A DNA stretch of 64,000 nucleotides from a virus, in the IMG/VR virus record IMGVR_UViG_3300012931_000015, positions 1-64,000 of that record; one strand, 5' to 3'. The notes under the pieces are model-generated. The model saw only the letters and a program-made list of their open reading frames with translations. It did not search any database and was not told the origin of the DNA. Made by a program: the position numbers and the translations under genes. Position 1 is the first letter of the stretch; each line of letters starts with the position of its first letter. Below are positions 37,447 through 47,927 of this stretch, in pieces.

Positions 37447-38040
37447 ATGATGAGTAAAGAATTACTATTACAGAAAAAAGAACTTCTTGATATACAGTTG
37501 AAATCTCTTGAAGCTAAAAGAACCAAAATATATAATCAATTAACAAAAATTCAAGAAAACGAAGATCAGAAAATTATAAATAATTGGAAAGGAACTGAAA
37601 AAGATTGGGAATGGGTTCTTGATGCCTCTAGCGAATCGTCTATAAAGTATAAGTTTATGAGAAATAAATTTGAAGAATTGAAACTTTGGAATGGGGGTGT
37701 TTGGAGTCAAACAAAACAACGTTGTATTCAAATTATTAAAGGATATAGTAACCTTGACAGCTTAAAATTTATTATTAATTATTTAAAACCATTCGATGTT
37801 AAAGATTTACTAAACAACGTAAAAGATGTTTCCTTAAAAGGAAATTTTAAAGCAATTACTACATTAACAAATTATTCAGATAATTCAAACTTTGTTTTGT
37901 TAATTAATGAGACTAATGATAAGTTTATTGTGATTGACATTTATGAACGTTATAATAATAATTATAAAGTGTTTAAAACTATTGATGAAGCTTATAATTG
38001 GATATGTAGTAATTTATTTGATGATGAGGAGAAAATATGA
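37447..38040 (+). CDS. hypothetical protein (early island)
   Basis: GAGG RBS. Confidence 0.65.
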   Translation: MMSKELLLQKKELLDIQLKSLEAKRTKIYNQLTKIQENEDQKIINNWKGTEKDWEWVLDASSESSIKYKFMRNKFEELKLWNGGVWSQTKQRCIQIIKGYSNLDSLKFIINYLKPFDVKDLLNNVKDVSLKGNFKAITTLTNYSDNSNFVLLINETNDKFIVIDIYERYNNNYKVFKTIDEAYNWICSNLFDDEEKI

Positions 38041-38294
38041 AGTCTACTGAATTAAAAGAAAAACTTATGTGTTCAGAAGTATCTTTTTATAAAGGAATAT
38101 TTATAGCAAGAAAAGGATTTTTTTATCGTCTTGGGCAGTCTCAAAAAATTTTTAAAGAAGATATAGAAAATAAATTAAAAAATTTAAAGTTGGATTATGA
38201 AATAGTAGATTCCGGCGAAGTCTATAAAGCTTTTAGAGGTGGATCAGAATTAAAAAATTCATCTCATTGGTTTGTAAAATTTATTATTAAATAA
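38037..38294 (+). CDS. hypothetical protein (early island)
   Basis: ATGA overlap. Confidence 0.6.
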   Translation: MKSTELKEKLMCSEVSFYKGIFIARKGFFYRLGQSQKIFKEDIENKLKNLKLDYEIVDSGEVYKAFRGGSELKNSSHWFVKFIIK

Positions 38295-38317
38295 CAATTT
38301 AGAAGGAGATCAAAAAT

Positions 38318-38683
38318 ATGGAATTTATTATATCACGAGCTTCAGATTACCATGGTATTGAAGAAGATGTAAAACCTTGTGATGAAGCATACAAAATAAA
38401 AAAAGAAAACTGGGAAACAAGAACTTGTTCGGAAGAAGAATTTAATAAAAAGTTTTCTGATAGGCAAGGATTATGGAGAAGTAAAGGAAAAAATCATTGT
38501 ATCACATCAAAAGGTTATATTCAACGTCAAATGGAAGATGAAGATTGCTGGGTAGTTAAAATTTCTTCATTGGAAGAATTACATAATTTTATTAAGCATC
38601 ATGGAGAGCTTATAGTTTCTAGTTGTGTAGTTGGAAGAGAAAGAGAAATGTGTATTGAAATTTATGATGATTATGTAGAATAA
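38318..38683 (+). CDS. hypothetical protein (early island)
   Basis: AAGGAG RBS. Confidence 0.65.
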   Translation: MEFIISRASDYHGIEEDVKPCDEAYKIKKENWETRTCSEEEFNKKFSDRQGLWRSKGKNHCITSKGYIQRQMEDEDCWVVKISSLEELHNFIKHHGELIVSSCVVGREREMCIEIYDDYVE

Positions 38684-38702
38684 CACAATAAAGGAATACT
38701 GC

Positions 38703-39323
38703 ATGAATAGAGATTATGATAACGAAAAAACTTTAAAAGAAAATATTAAGATAGTTGAATATAAGAATTGGAACACAAAAAAAGTTATGAATGAAAATTA
38801 TAATATGAGGATATATAGAAAAGTTCCGAAGACATTAAAGTTTAAAAATATAATGATAAATGATATGAATCAAAACTTTTGTGGCGGTTGGGGCTTAAAC
38901 AATTTTCCATTATTATCCGATGATAATTATCTTTTAGAAAGAGTTTTAAAAGGATTTAAGCCAATGGGTGTTTTTATTTTTGATAAAGAAAATAAATACA
39001 AAATTGATACTTTATTGGAAAAAGTAAATACTGAAAAGTTTTTTACAAAGATAATTAAATATAAAGGGCATAACAAAAAATATATAGAAGTAATAGTTGC
39101 TGTAAAAGGAAAGTTAAAAGATTTATTTGATTTAAAATTATTACAAGAAGATTATAGAAATAACAATATTGAAATAAATCTTGAAGATGTTGGCGAAAGA
39201 GAATTAAGCTATTATTTTAATGAATGGGATCATCAAGACGAAAATAGTAAAATAAAATTATGGGAAACCGGACTGATCTTAGGCTACCCTATAGAGAATA
39301 CAATTTCTATTTTTAGACAGTAA
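38703..39323 (+). CDS. hypothetical protein (early island)
   Basis: AAGGA RBS; GLILGYP C-terminal motif. Confidence 0.65.
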   Translation: MNRDYDNEKTLKENIKIVEYKNWNTKKVMNENYNMRIYRKVPKTLKFKNIMINDMNQNFCGGWGLNNFPLLSDDNYLLERVLKGFKPMGVFIFDKENKYKIDTLLEKVNTEKFFTKIIKYKGHNKKYIEVIVAVKGKLKDLFDLKLLQEDYRNNNIEINLEDVGERELSYYFNEWDHQDENSKIKLWETGLILGYPIENTISIFRQ

Positions 39324-40851
39324 TTTTAACATTATCTAAAATACTTCCATCTTCATATACTATGCTTTGTTTACTCTCCGAATCGGCACAAACTGATATT
39401 GTTGAATAATAATCATCTATTGACTTAACCCTATACACATAAGTTTGACCAGAAATTAATGAGGTTGTATCAATATGATACTGAACTGTTGCCCCTGTAT
39501 CTGGATCAACAGAAGTTTCATCTATTGTTGCTATAAGATAATCCTCTGTCCAGTCTGAATTATCTAAAACTAAACTTGCGTTTTTTCTATATACTTTATA
39601 TTTATTTGAGTGATAATTACTTATCCATCTAACATAAATATTATTATTTATATTTTTAAATACTGCTTTTACTGAAGGAGTTGGAATCCAGTTTGAAGAA
39701 TTTATTCCAAAAATTGTAAGCTTGTGTTCCTCTTTTAAAATTTTAGCTTCTAAAGCTGTTGAAGAACTATTTATTGTATTATACTGAATTATTTTACCAT
39801 CTGGAAAACTAACCAAACTAGATATTTGTGCTTCCCTTAAACTATTAACTGTTGTGCTTACTGCTGGGCTTCCAAAAATTGTATTAACCCCTCCGGTACT
39901 ATAAATAGCTGTTTTTCTATTTGAGGCAGTAGTTTTGTAACTATTTAGATCAGCTACCATATTTGTTAATGCGGTGTTTATATTAGACCTGTTAGTAGGG
40001 AGGTCATCGTCCCAAATTTGAAAGTTAGTTTTATAACTATTTATTGCTGTTATTTGAGTTTCAATCGAAGTTTTAAAAGTTGATAGTCCTGAATCTAAAC
40101 CCGTAAAAAAAGATGTATTTACTATATAAGGATTACTATTTATATTCGTATAAAAATCAGTCATAGTTGCTAAATAAGCTAATTCATTATTTAAGTAGTT
40201 TAGTAAAGTTGTAATTTTTGTATATATTGTTGCATCCCAATAATCAGGGGTATCAGCAGAACCATCACCGAAATTATATCTCCACAAAAAAGGACTAGAA
40301 GCATCTTGTTCAGTAGTTGCTGGATCATTATCTATAGTTCTAGTATTTCTAAATCCTGTACCGCTTCGTAAATCTTGAGCAATAATCATAGCATCCGAAG
40401 CTTCATCAGAAGTACCATAAATATAACCACTTGTTTGGTTTCCCACACTTGATGCAGGTGTGCCTAAAAAATCTATTAAATCTTGATAAATAGAAGTTGC
40501 ACCAATAGATAAACTATTATCAGTTATGTAAGTAGATAGTGGTGATTTTAGTATACCATCACTTTCGTAAATATTGTTATCAAAAACCCATGCGTCCATC
40601 GTTGTAGAAGTTAAATTATTGACTATACTACCAGTTGTGTATAACCCAATTAAATGATTCCAATAAATATCAATTATAGCATCAATACCTAAATAATCTC
40701 CTGTTTTAAAAAGAGTGTCTTTTATAAAATTTATTTCTGCGAGTAAATTAGCCAACGCTGTAGCTTTTGCAGTAACTAAAGGGGGCGAGTATGTATCAAT
40801 TGTAGTGCTTCTATTTTTTTTACTATTATCAATATATTCAGTTGTAGTCAT
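39313..40851 (-). CDS. virion structural protein with C-terminal FN3-like domain
   Basis: VRW...YKVYR...IDT...GQTYVYRVKS. Confidence 0.6.
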   Translation of the reverse strand: MTTTEYIDNSKKNRSTTIDTYSPPLVTAKATALANLLAEINFIKDTLFKTGDYLGIDAIIDIYWNHLIGLYTTGSIVNNLTSTTMDAWVFDNNIYESDGILKSPLSTYITDNSLSIGATSIYQDLIDFLGTPASSVGNQTSGYIYGTSDEASDAMIIAQDLRSGTGFRNTRTIDNDPATTEQDASSPFLWRYNFGDGSADTPDYWDATIYTKITTLLNYLNNELAYLATMTDFYTNINSNPYIVNTSFFTGLDSGLSTFKTSIETQITAINSYKTNFQIWDDDLPTNRSNINTALTNMVADLNSYKTTASNRKTAIYSTGGVNTIFGSPAVSTTVNSLREAQISSLVSFPDGKIIQYNTINSSSTALEAKILKEEHKLTIFGINSSNWIPTPSVKAVFKNINNNIYVRWISNYHSNKYKVYRKNASLVLDNSDWTEDYLIATIDETSVDPDTGATVQYHIDTTSLISGQTYVYRVKSIDDYYSTISVCADSESKQSIVYEDGSILDNVKITV

Positions 40852-40860
40852 AATCTTTTA

Positions 40861-41244
40861 TCATACTCCTTTTGTTTTTACTTGTCCGGCAACCTTAAAC
40901 TCTGCTTTACAATTACAAGAAATTGTAGAACCATCTATTGAGCTTACAAATGTGCCATTACATTGCCCGTTGTCATTTTCAAGGAAAATAGGAAAATTTT
41001 CTGCTAAACACTTTTTTGAAGAAGCTGCTATTGTTCCCACTCCGCCTAAATGAACATAATTTGGGTTTTGGTTTTGGCAATTATTTTGTATATCAAGCCA
41101 AACGTTGATAAGAACTTGTTTATTTTTTGTTAAAACTTTTGTACTTTTTTGCTCTATTGCTACATAATTATTTTGATTTGGAATTCCAGATGAGGAAGGT
41201 GTAAACAAAATAGAATATGCTTCATTACAAATAGCATTAGCCAT
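40861..41244 (-). CDS. PAAR-like spike tip protein
   Basis: Small Cys-rich; STKVL...KQVL...GQ.KTKG; downstream of the spike gene. Confidence 0.5.
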   Translation of the reverse strand: MANAICNEAYSILFTPSSSGIPNQNNYVAIEQKSTKVLTKNKQVLINVWLDIQNNCQNQNPNYVHLGGVGTIAASSKKCLAENFPIFLENDNGQCNGTFVSSIDGSTISCNCKAEFKVAGQVKTKGV

Positions 41245-41314
41245 ATAGATATTAGTATTTAAAATTTGACAAAATTAGTATTTATGTTATACTAATAATT
41301 TAAAGGTATTTTTT

Positions 41315-42874
41315 ATGGAAAAGAATTTAATAATAAAAGAATTTATACAAAAAGCAAAAGAAATACATGGTGATAAGTATGACTATTCTAAAGTTGAATA
41401 TGTAAATTCTAAAAGAAAAGTTTGTATAATTTGTTCAGAACACAGTGAGTTTTGGAAAACACCTTCTCATCATATTAATGGAAAACAAGGGTGCTTTGAA
41501 TGTAGCAAAGTAATAAGAGGAAAGAAAAAAAGATTAAAAATAGAAAAAGTACAGGAAATTGGATTAAAAAAAGATTTAATTTTGTTATCCAAAGAATATA
41601 AAAATTCTGATTATAAATTAAAATGGAAATGTAAAAATTGTGATTATGAGTTCATAATGTCTTTAAGAAGTATTAAAAAGAAACAAAAGTGCTGTAAATG
41701 TTCATTAATTAACATAATAAATACATTCATAATGAATATAAATAAAAATAATAATAATAATATTACTGTTTTAATAATAAATAAATATTCTAATAATTTT
41801 GAGAATTTAAATTGTAAATGTAATATTTGTAATTATGAATTTAAAAGAACTTTTAGAGATTTAAAGAAAAATAAGAAATGTCCTGTTTGTTCAAGAGGTG
41901 TTAGTGAAGAAATTTGCAGATACTACTTTGAACAAATATTTAATAAAAAATTTATTAAAGTTAGACCTGATTGGTTGAAAAATTCCAGAAATAAACAAAT
42001 GGAACTTGATGGACTTTGTAATAATGTTGCTTTTGAACATCAAGGGGTTCAGCATTATGAACATATAAAATATTTTCAGAGGAATAAAGAAAATTTTGAA
42101 CAAAGAATAAAAGATGATATGTTAAAAAAAGAACTGTGTGAGAAAAATAATATAAAATTAATAGTTATTCCAGATATTAATTCAAAATTAAAATTAGAAA
42201 ATTTAAAAAATTTCATAATCGAAGAATGTAAAAAACAAAATATCGAGTTACCAGAAAATATTGAAAAAATTGAAATTGATATGAATAATTTTAAACATTC
42301 AAGATGTAAAAAAGAATTAGAAAAAATACAGGAAATAGCAGAATCTAAAAATGGAAAGTGTTTATCAGAAGTTTATTATGGTAGCAATAATAAACTTTTA
42401 TTTGAGTGTAAGAACGACCATCAATGGAAAGCTACTCCTACACACATTAAGAGGGGAGTGTGGTGCCCAGTATGTGCAAACAATAAAAGTGGGGAAAGTC
42501 AAAGACTTACGATAGAAGATATGCAAAAATTAGCAGAAGAAAAAGGCGGAAAATGTTTATCAGAAAAATATATTAATACTACAACAAAATTAAGATGGCA
42601 ATGTTCAAAAGGACATATTTGGAATGCCCAACCCAATAATGTTAAAACAGGTAATTGGTGTCCTTATTGTGCTGGAAAATATAAAACAATTACAGATATG
42701 CAAAAACTTGCAAGCACAAAAGGAGGAAACTGTTTGAGTGAACATTACATTACTGCTAAAACAAAACTTTTGTGGGAATGTGAAAAAGGTCATCAATGGA
42801 TGGCTTTTCCTGATTCAATTACTAGAGGAACATGGTGTTTTAAATGTTCTAATAAATCTAAAAATAATTTGTGA
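41315..42874 (+). CDS. zinc-ribbon repeat endonuclease (homing-endonuclease-like)
   Basis: HGDKYDYSKVEY, MELDG...AFEHQGVQHY nuclease core, three GKCLS..Y....KL.W.C..GH.W...WCP.C repeats; antisense to the operon. Confidence 0.75.
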   Translation: MEKNLIIKEFIQKAKEIHGDKYDYSKVEYVNSKRKVCIICSEHSEFWKTPSHHINGKQGCFECSKVIRGKKKRLKIEKVQEIGLKKDLILLSKEYKNSDYKLKWKCKNCDYEFIMSLRSIKKKQKCCKCSLINIINTFIMNINKNNNNNITVLIINKYSNNFENLNCKCNICNYEFKRTFRDLKKNKKCPVCSRGVSEEICRYYFEQIFNKKFIKVRPDWLKNSRNKQMELDGLCNNVAFEHQGVQHYEHIKYFQRNKENFEQRIKDDMLKKELCEKNNIKLIVIPDINSKLKLENLKNFIIEECKKQNIELPENIEKIEIDMNNFKHSRCKKELEKIQEIAESKNGKCLSEVYYGSNNKLLFECKNDHQWKATPTHIKRGVWCPVCANNKSGESQRLTIEDMQKLAEEKGGKCLSEKYINTTTKLRWQCSKGHIWNAQPNNVKTGNWCPYCAGKYKTITDMQKLASTKGGNCLSEHYITAKTKLLWECEKGHQWMAFPDSITRGTWCFKCSNKSKNNL

Positions 42875-42892
42875 ATTAGTTTAAATAATAAT

Positions 42893-43741
42893 TTACAATA
42901 AAATTTGTAAATTTCCCCCATTTATATCTACCATTCCAGCTTTCATTTCTACCTCATTACTATTAAGACAAGTATGTTTAATTCCAGAAGATGTGTATTC
43001 TGATTTATTTCCATTCTTATCTTCTAACACCATACCTTGATCGTCAGTTGTTATTTTATTAGCATTTTTATCTTCAAAAGCTGTTCCGGTGTCTGTCCAA
43101 TCTGTTTTATTCCCGTTGCCATCCTCAAGGTGTATATTTTTATCTTCTGTATAAAAATTTAAACCATCTTTTTTAGTAATATAGATGTTCTTTTCCGCAT
43201 GAGCTTCTAAATTATCAACTGAATATGCTCCAATTCCACCATTTTTATCTATTATACAGTAACTTCCCGTAGGAGAATATATTGAATATATAGGTTTATC
43301 ACTGTTTGTACTATATGAAACACAGATACCACTTTCATAAAAAAAACTTACACATTCTGGATAAGATAAGTCTGGCTTTTCTATATTTTCTAATTCTCCC
43401 AGTTTGTCCTGCACATCAGAAAAGTATTTATTCGCTAAATTTGCTGTATTTTGTTCAGCGTTGAAAACATAATAATATCTGTTCATTATCCAAGTTATCC
43501 ATACAAAACTATCTACTAGAGGTACACTATTATTTCCGCTATTTTCTGCTGAGCCGAAGAATTGATTTAAAGGGTATGCAAAAGGCAAATGATCGGAAGT
43601 CCAACTGTCCATCAGGGGTGATATTTTAAATTGAATAGCGTTTGCTTTCTCGCTTTCATCTTTGTCTGTTTTAATTACTTTGGCATAGTAAAATTTTATT
43701 GTTTGACCAAAATCTGGATTTATAAAATTATTTTCTAACAA
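42893..43741 (-). CDS. baseplate central spike (gp5/gpV-like)
   Basis: OB-fold (AKVI...LPFAYP...VPLVDSFVW) plus EDKNGNK beta-helix repeats. Confidence 0.75.
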   Translation of the reverse strand: MLENNFINPDFGQTIKFYYAKVIKTDKDESEKANAIQFKISPLMDSWTSDHLPFAYPLNQFFGSAENSGNNSVPLVDSFVWITWIMNRYYYVFNAEQNTANLANKYFSDVQDKLGELENIEKPDLSYPECVSFFYESGICVSYSTNSDKPIYSIYSPTGSYCIIDKNGGIGAYSVDNLEAHAEKNIYITKKDGLNFYTEDKNIHLEDGNGNKTDWTDTGTAFEDKNANKITTDDQGMVLEDKNGNKSEYTSSGIKHTCLNSNEVEMKAGMVDINGGNLQILL

Positions 43742-43742
43742 T

Positions 43743-44594
43743 TTAATTCTCCAATTTTATATGTTTCCATGTTTTTCCCCAACTAATACAATTAATTGTT
43801 GCTTTGGAAACATTAAATTTATTTGCTATTTTTTGTCTTGATGTGGGTATAGATAATAATTTTTTTATTTCTATAACTTCTTGTGTTGTTAATTTTGAAA
43901 AATTATTTTTTTCACCAATATTCATTTTATTAAATTCACTTAATTTATTGTTTTTAAAATTCTTAGCTTTTAAATTATTACTTATTTTTAATTTTTGTTG
44001 TTCTGTTTTTGGTTTATTTTTTAAATAAAAAGTTGCTGTTCTAATTTTAATATTATTATGATTTAAAATATATTTTATTGTTTTTCTTGACACATTTAAT
44101 ATTTTTTTTATTTTATCTAAGGACATTTTATTTTCATACAACTCTATTACTTTTGGTGTTTGAAAAAAAATTTTTTTGCTATATTTTTCTTGTAAAGTTT
44201 TTTTTATTTTTTCTCGTATGATAGGATTTTTTAAAGTTCCCTTTATTTTAGCTTTTTTACTTATTATTTTTTTTTGTTCTTCCGTTAATTCAGGTCTACG
44301 TGCATCAAAAGACACATTATATAATTTTTTTCTATTATTTTTATATTTATCCAAATAAAATTGTTCAATTATTAGTAAATTTTCTTCTTTACAAGTTTTT
44401 ATAATTTCAAATTTAAAATTTTCTTTTCCATATTTTTTCCAAGCATTTTGTAAATAACTATTTTTATGAACTTTATTATTTAATTCAGTTTTGTGATTAT
44501 TCCATCTTTGACTTATATTTTTAGAACTTCCAATATATTTTATATGCGTTATAATATTTTGTATTTGGTATATTCCACATAATTTTTTTTTCAC
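43743..44594 (-). CDS. GIY-YIG homing endonuclease
   Basis: GIYQI...YIGSS...R...H; C-terminal HTH GEKNNFSKLT...IANKFNVSK..I...WKHI. Confidence 0.9.
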   Translation of the reverse strand: MKKKLCGIYQIQNIITHIKYIGSSKNISQRWNNHKTELNNKVHKNSYLQNAWKKYGKENFKFEIIKTCKEENLLIIEQFYLDKYKNNRKKLYNVSFDARRPELTEEQKKIISKKAKIKGTLKNPIIREKIKKTLQEKYSKKIFFQTPKVIELYENKMSLDKIKKILNVSRKTIKYILNHNNIKIRTATFYLKNKPKTEQQKLKISNNLKAKNFKNNKLSEFNKMNIGEKNNFSKLTTQEVIEIKKLLSIPTSRQKIANKFNVSKATINCISWGKTWKHIKLEN

Positions 44595-44616
44595 TATCCA
44601 TCACCTTTTTATATTT

Positions 44617-44952
44617 TTAAGCTTGAGTTTTTTTATTTAAAGTTATGAAGTTTTTTAAAGTATCAACATTTGGTATTTTTATTTTTGTTAGGGTTTCAGT
44701 ATTTAGAATATCACCTATGTTATTTATTAAAAACAAAATGTCTTGATAAATTACTGTACCATATATTTTATAACTTAGTAAATCAGGTCTTTTTATATCT
44801 TCATCACTTAATGAATATTCTAGTTCATGTCCTGTAAAATTAAACTTAGACCAATCGATAGAAAGTGGGTCATATAAATCAAACATGTTTAAATCGGTTG
44901 GTATATTTTCTTTTATAACTTTATTCATTAAAGAATATCGTATATCGCTCAT
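44617..44952 (-). CDS. gp53/LysM-like baseplate wedge protein
   Basis: RPDLLSYKIYG...ILFLINNI.D...IKIP. Confidence 0.75.
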   Translation of the reverse strand: MSDIRYSLMNKVIKENIPTDLNMFDLYDPLSIDWSKFNFTGHELEYSLSDEDIKRPDLLSYKIYGTVIYQDILFLINNIGDILNTETLTKIKIPNVDTLKNFITLNKKTQA

Positions 44953-44967
44953 AACTTTAATCCTTTT

Positions 44968-45762
44968 TTATTGTATTGTGTTTGTTGCTTGAGAATTAGC
45001 TATTGCTTGACTTTGAGCATCATCAGCGAGCCCTGTTAAATGGTCAACTGTGCAAGTGCGAAGTGCCTTGAACTCACAGGTAAGTTCTGACCACAAAGGA
45101 TAACCAGATTCAGTTAAGTCTTTACTAAATGTAGGTTCTGCTTTAACTAAAACAACTTGAGTTAAATATAACCAACCACCTATTAGTATTGATACAAGTC
45201 TGTCCTCAGAACTTGAACTTACAGTCGTTCCGGCTAAATTTACTTTATCTGTATTCATACTATTAGATTTTGAAAGTAATGCCAAAATATTTGGGCCGGG
45301 AGTTTTTAATATTTTATTTCTATTTTCTTCAGGAACTGTATATGCGAATAAAGCAATAGTTGGTAAAAATACATCATTTCTAGGATTCATATCTGTATCA
45401 AAATGTAATGTTAAGCCAAACGACAAAGGATCAGTGCTTTTCCATGTTTCCATTTGCATATATTTTGCAACACCACCTAAAGCCTGACCAAAAACAGCAC
45501 TTGTAGCACCACTAAGGGTCTCTAGTGCGCTTCCGATAGGAGACATTTCTATTAAAGATTGAAATGTTGTGTTAGCCAGTAAATTAACATTTTCTCTTAA
45601 ATGAGTTTGAATTAAATTACTTCCAGTTGTATTACTTACAGTTCTTCCCCCAGCTAATTCTGTTGAACTTGCTTTATTCCACCAGTAATCAGAAGCTAGA
45701 AACTTTATCATAACTCTATTTCTCCAAGCATAAGGAGAAGGTGTAAATTGTCTTATTGCCAC
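44968..45762 (-). CDS. baseplate hub/tail-tube initiator-like protein
   Basis: W..TDPLSF.L.L.F...GYP..SEL pattern; between tape measure and gp53. Confidence 0.5.
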   Translation of the reverse strand: MAIRQFTPSPYAWRNRVMIKFLASDYWWNKASSTELAGGRTVSNTTGSNLIQTHLRENVNLLANTTFQSLIEMSPIGSALETLSGATSAVFGQALGGVAKYMQMETWKSTDPLSFGLTLHFDTDMNPRNDVFLPTIALFAYTVPEENRNKILKTPGPNILALLSKSNSMNTDKVNLAGTTVSSSSEDRLVSILIGGWLYLTQVVLVKAEPTFSKDLTESGYPLWSELTCEFKALRTCTVDHLTGLADDAQSQAIANSQATNTIQ

Positions 45763-45776
45763 TTTTTTATTTTCCT

Positions 45777-47747
45777 TTAAAAATCAAAAGCTGTTTTACC
45801 ACTGTAAATATCTTCTTGAACTTTTCCTAATTTATCTTGTTGTATTCTTTGCTGTATTCCTAATTGTTTTACAATATCTAAAACTTCTTCAGGAGTTACT
45901 TTATTATCTTTATTTGCAATTTTTATTTTTTCATCAAATTGTTTTTGATCTTCTTTTGATATTTGATTTTTTACAGAACTTATTTCTTTTGAAGTTAATG
46001 CTTTATCCGATTCCATTTTTGCTATATTTGATAAATCTATTTTTTCACCATAAGATATTTGGGCTGTTTGTGCTGATATTTGTTGTCCTACTTTTCCGGT
46101 TGCAACATCAGTTAAGACTCCAGAAAATCCTCTATTCTTTACATAACTAAAAAATCCACCGATAGTGTACATTAAATTAAAAAATCCATATTTTAACATA
46201 TCAAAGAAATCAAAAATTATTTTAACAACCCCACCCGATTTAAACCAAGTTATAAGTTTTTTAAATGTAGTAGAGATAGCATTAAACAATTCTTTTATAT
46301 ATTTATCAGGGTGTTCCCCTATATCTAATAATTTATTTCCAATACCTGTTACAGCATTTGATATACTGTCTTTTGCTTTTGTTAGAGCATTAGTTAATCC
46401 TTTAGGCAAAGTTACATTAAACATTTTTAATATACCCTTAATTATTGCGGTATAAATAGGTATAGTTATTTTGCTCAAAAAAAGTTTTGGCAAATCAAGA
46501 AAAATAGTTTTTATTGCTGTAAAAAGATATTTTATATACGAAGAAAGCATACCCTTTAAACTATCTACAATTAATTTTTTATCAAATGTTAAAATACCTT
46601 TTAATAAGCCAAGAGCATTTTTAATATAATCTAAAACAGGTGTTAGAATTTTAAATAAAATATTTATCAATGGCAAAATAACATTTTTTAATAAATATAC
46701 AACCATAGGTAAAAGAATTTTTAGTATTTCACTTACAATTGGTATAATTGCACCTATAATGTTTAATAATGGAGGTATTGCTGTTCTTAATAAATCAACA
46801 ATTACAGGGATTAAATCAACTAAGGTATTTGCTAATAATGTAAAAATATCACCTACAACTTTCATTAAAGGTTCAAATATTTTTATTTCTTTTCCAAATA
46901 TTGTTGAAAGAATAGAGTCCATAGATTTACCAATAGTCAAGAGAATATTTGGTATTTCTTTAATAAGAATATCAACAATAGTTTTTATAGCACTCATTAA
47001 AACAGGTAATAATTCTTTTACAACTCTTGTAAATAATTGTGTAGCAGTTAGTAATATTTGCGGTAATTGTTTTATGAAATTTGTTAACATACCAACAATA
47101 ACAGGTAATAAAGATTTAATACCTTCTATTATTGTGGTTATAAGTGTTCCATTAGGATCAAAAAAAGCTAATAATCCGAAAATTATTAATGTCCATAATG
47201 ACATCATACCAAAAAATTTTAATCCTTCTGCAATATATTTTCCAAAGTTTTTTGATAAATCTTTAAAGAATTTTACACCAAGAGTTTTCATACCAACATT
47301 CCAAACTTCTTTAGCTTTTTTACCCGTGTCATCTGGTATAAGTCCTCTAATACCTGCTCGTAATACATTCCATAATGTTAGTTCTTTCTTTTTTTCACCA
47401 TCATTTTCTTTATTTCTTTCCGCTTCTTCTAACCATAATTCTTTTACTTCTTTCCATTCACTATTTGAAATAGCAGATTCTTTGATTTTATCAACCCATT
47501 CCGAAGCTGTATCTAAAGATATTTTTTGATTATCAACTAAAACTTTAATTTGTTTTGTTACTTCTTTATTATTTTTACCAAGCATTGCATATAATTTTTC
47601 TAGTTGTGCTTCAGTTTTATCATCTTTTGAATTAACTAAAAATCGTTTGTCTTTTTCTTCTTTTTGTCTGCTTTTTATTTCTTTTTCAAGATCGGAAAGA
47701 GTATCCATAAAATTATCTGAATTACCGAGACCTTTAAATGATGCCAT
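45777..47747 (-). CDS. tape measure-like protein
   Basis: Long amphipathic helical repeats with periodic Pro; position in tail module. Confidence 0.7.
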   Translation of the reverse strand: MASFKGLGNSDNFMDTLSDLEKEIKSRQKEEKDKRFLVNSKDDKTEAQLEKLYAMLGKNNKEVTKQIKVLVDNQKISLDTASEWVDKIKESAISNSEWKEVKELWLEEAERNKENDGEKKKELTLWNVLRAGIRGLIPDDTGKKAKEVWNVGMKTLGVKFFKDLSKNFGKYIAEGLKFFGMMSLWTLIIFGLLAFFDPNGTLITTIIEGIKSLLPVIVGMLTNFIKQLPQILLTATQLFTRVVKELLPVLMSAIKTIVDILIKEIPNILLTIGKSMDSILSTIFGKEIKIFEPLMKVVGDIFTLLANTLVDLIPVIVDLLRTAIPPLLNIIGAIIPIVSEILKILLPMVVYLLKNVILPLINILFKILTPVLDYIKNALGLLKGILTFDKKLIVDSLKGMLSSYIKYLFTAIKTIFLDLPKLFLSKITIPIYTAIIKGILKMFNVTLPKGLTNALTKAKDSISNAVTGIGNKLLDIGEHPDKYIKELFNAISTTFKKLITWFKSGGVVKIIFDFFDMLKYGFFNLMYTIGGFFSYVKNRGFSGVLTDVATGKVGQQISAQTAQISYGEKIDLSNIAKMESDKALTSKEISSVKNQISKEDQKQFDEKIKIANKDNKVTPEEVLDIVKQLGIQQRIQQDKLGKVQEDIYSGKTAFDF

Positions 47748-47927
47748 AGTTTATGTTAATTATCCCTTTTTAAAAATATTATACTCTTTATTAGTATTTA
47801 AAAACATCAAAAGATATTTATTGAATATTAAAATAAATGTAAATAAAAAGTAAATTTATTGATTTATAAAGAAAATTTTAGTATACTAATAAAAAGAGTC
47901 TAAATTAATTTTTTTAAGGAGGAAAAA

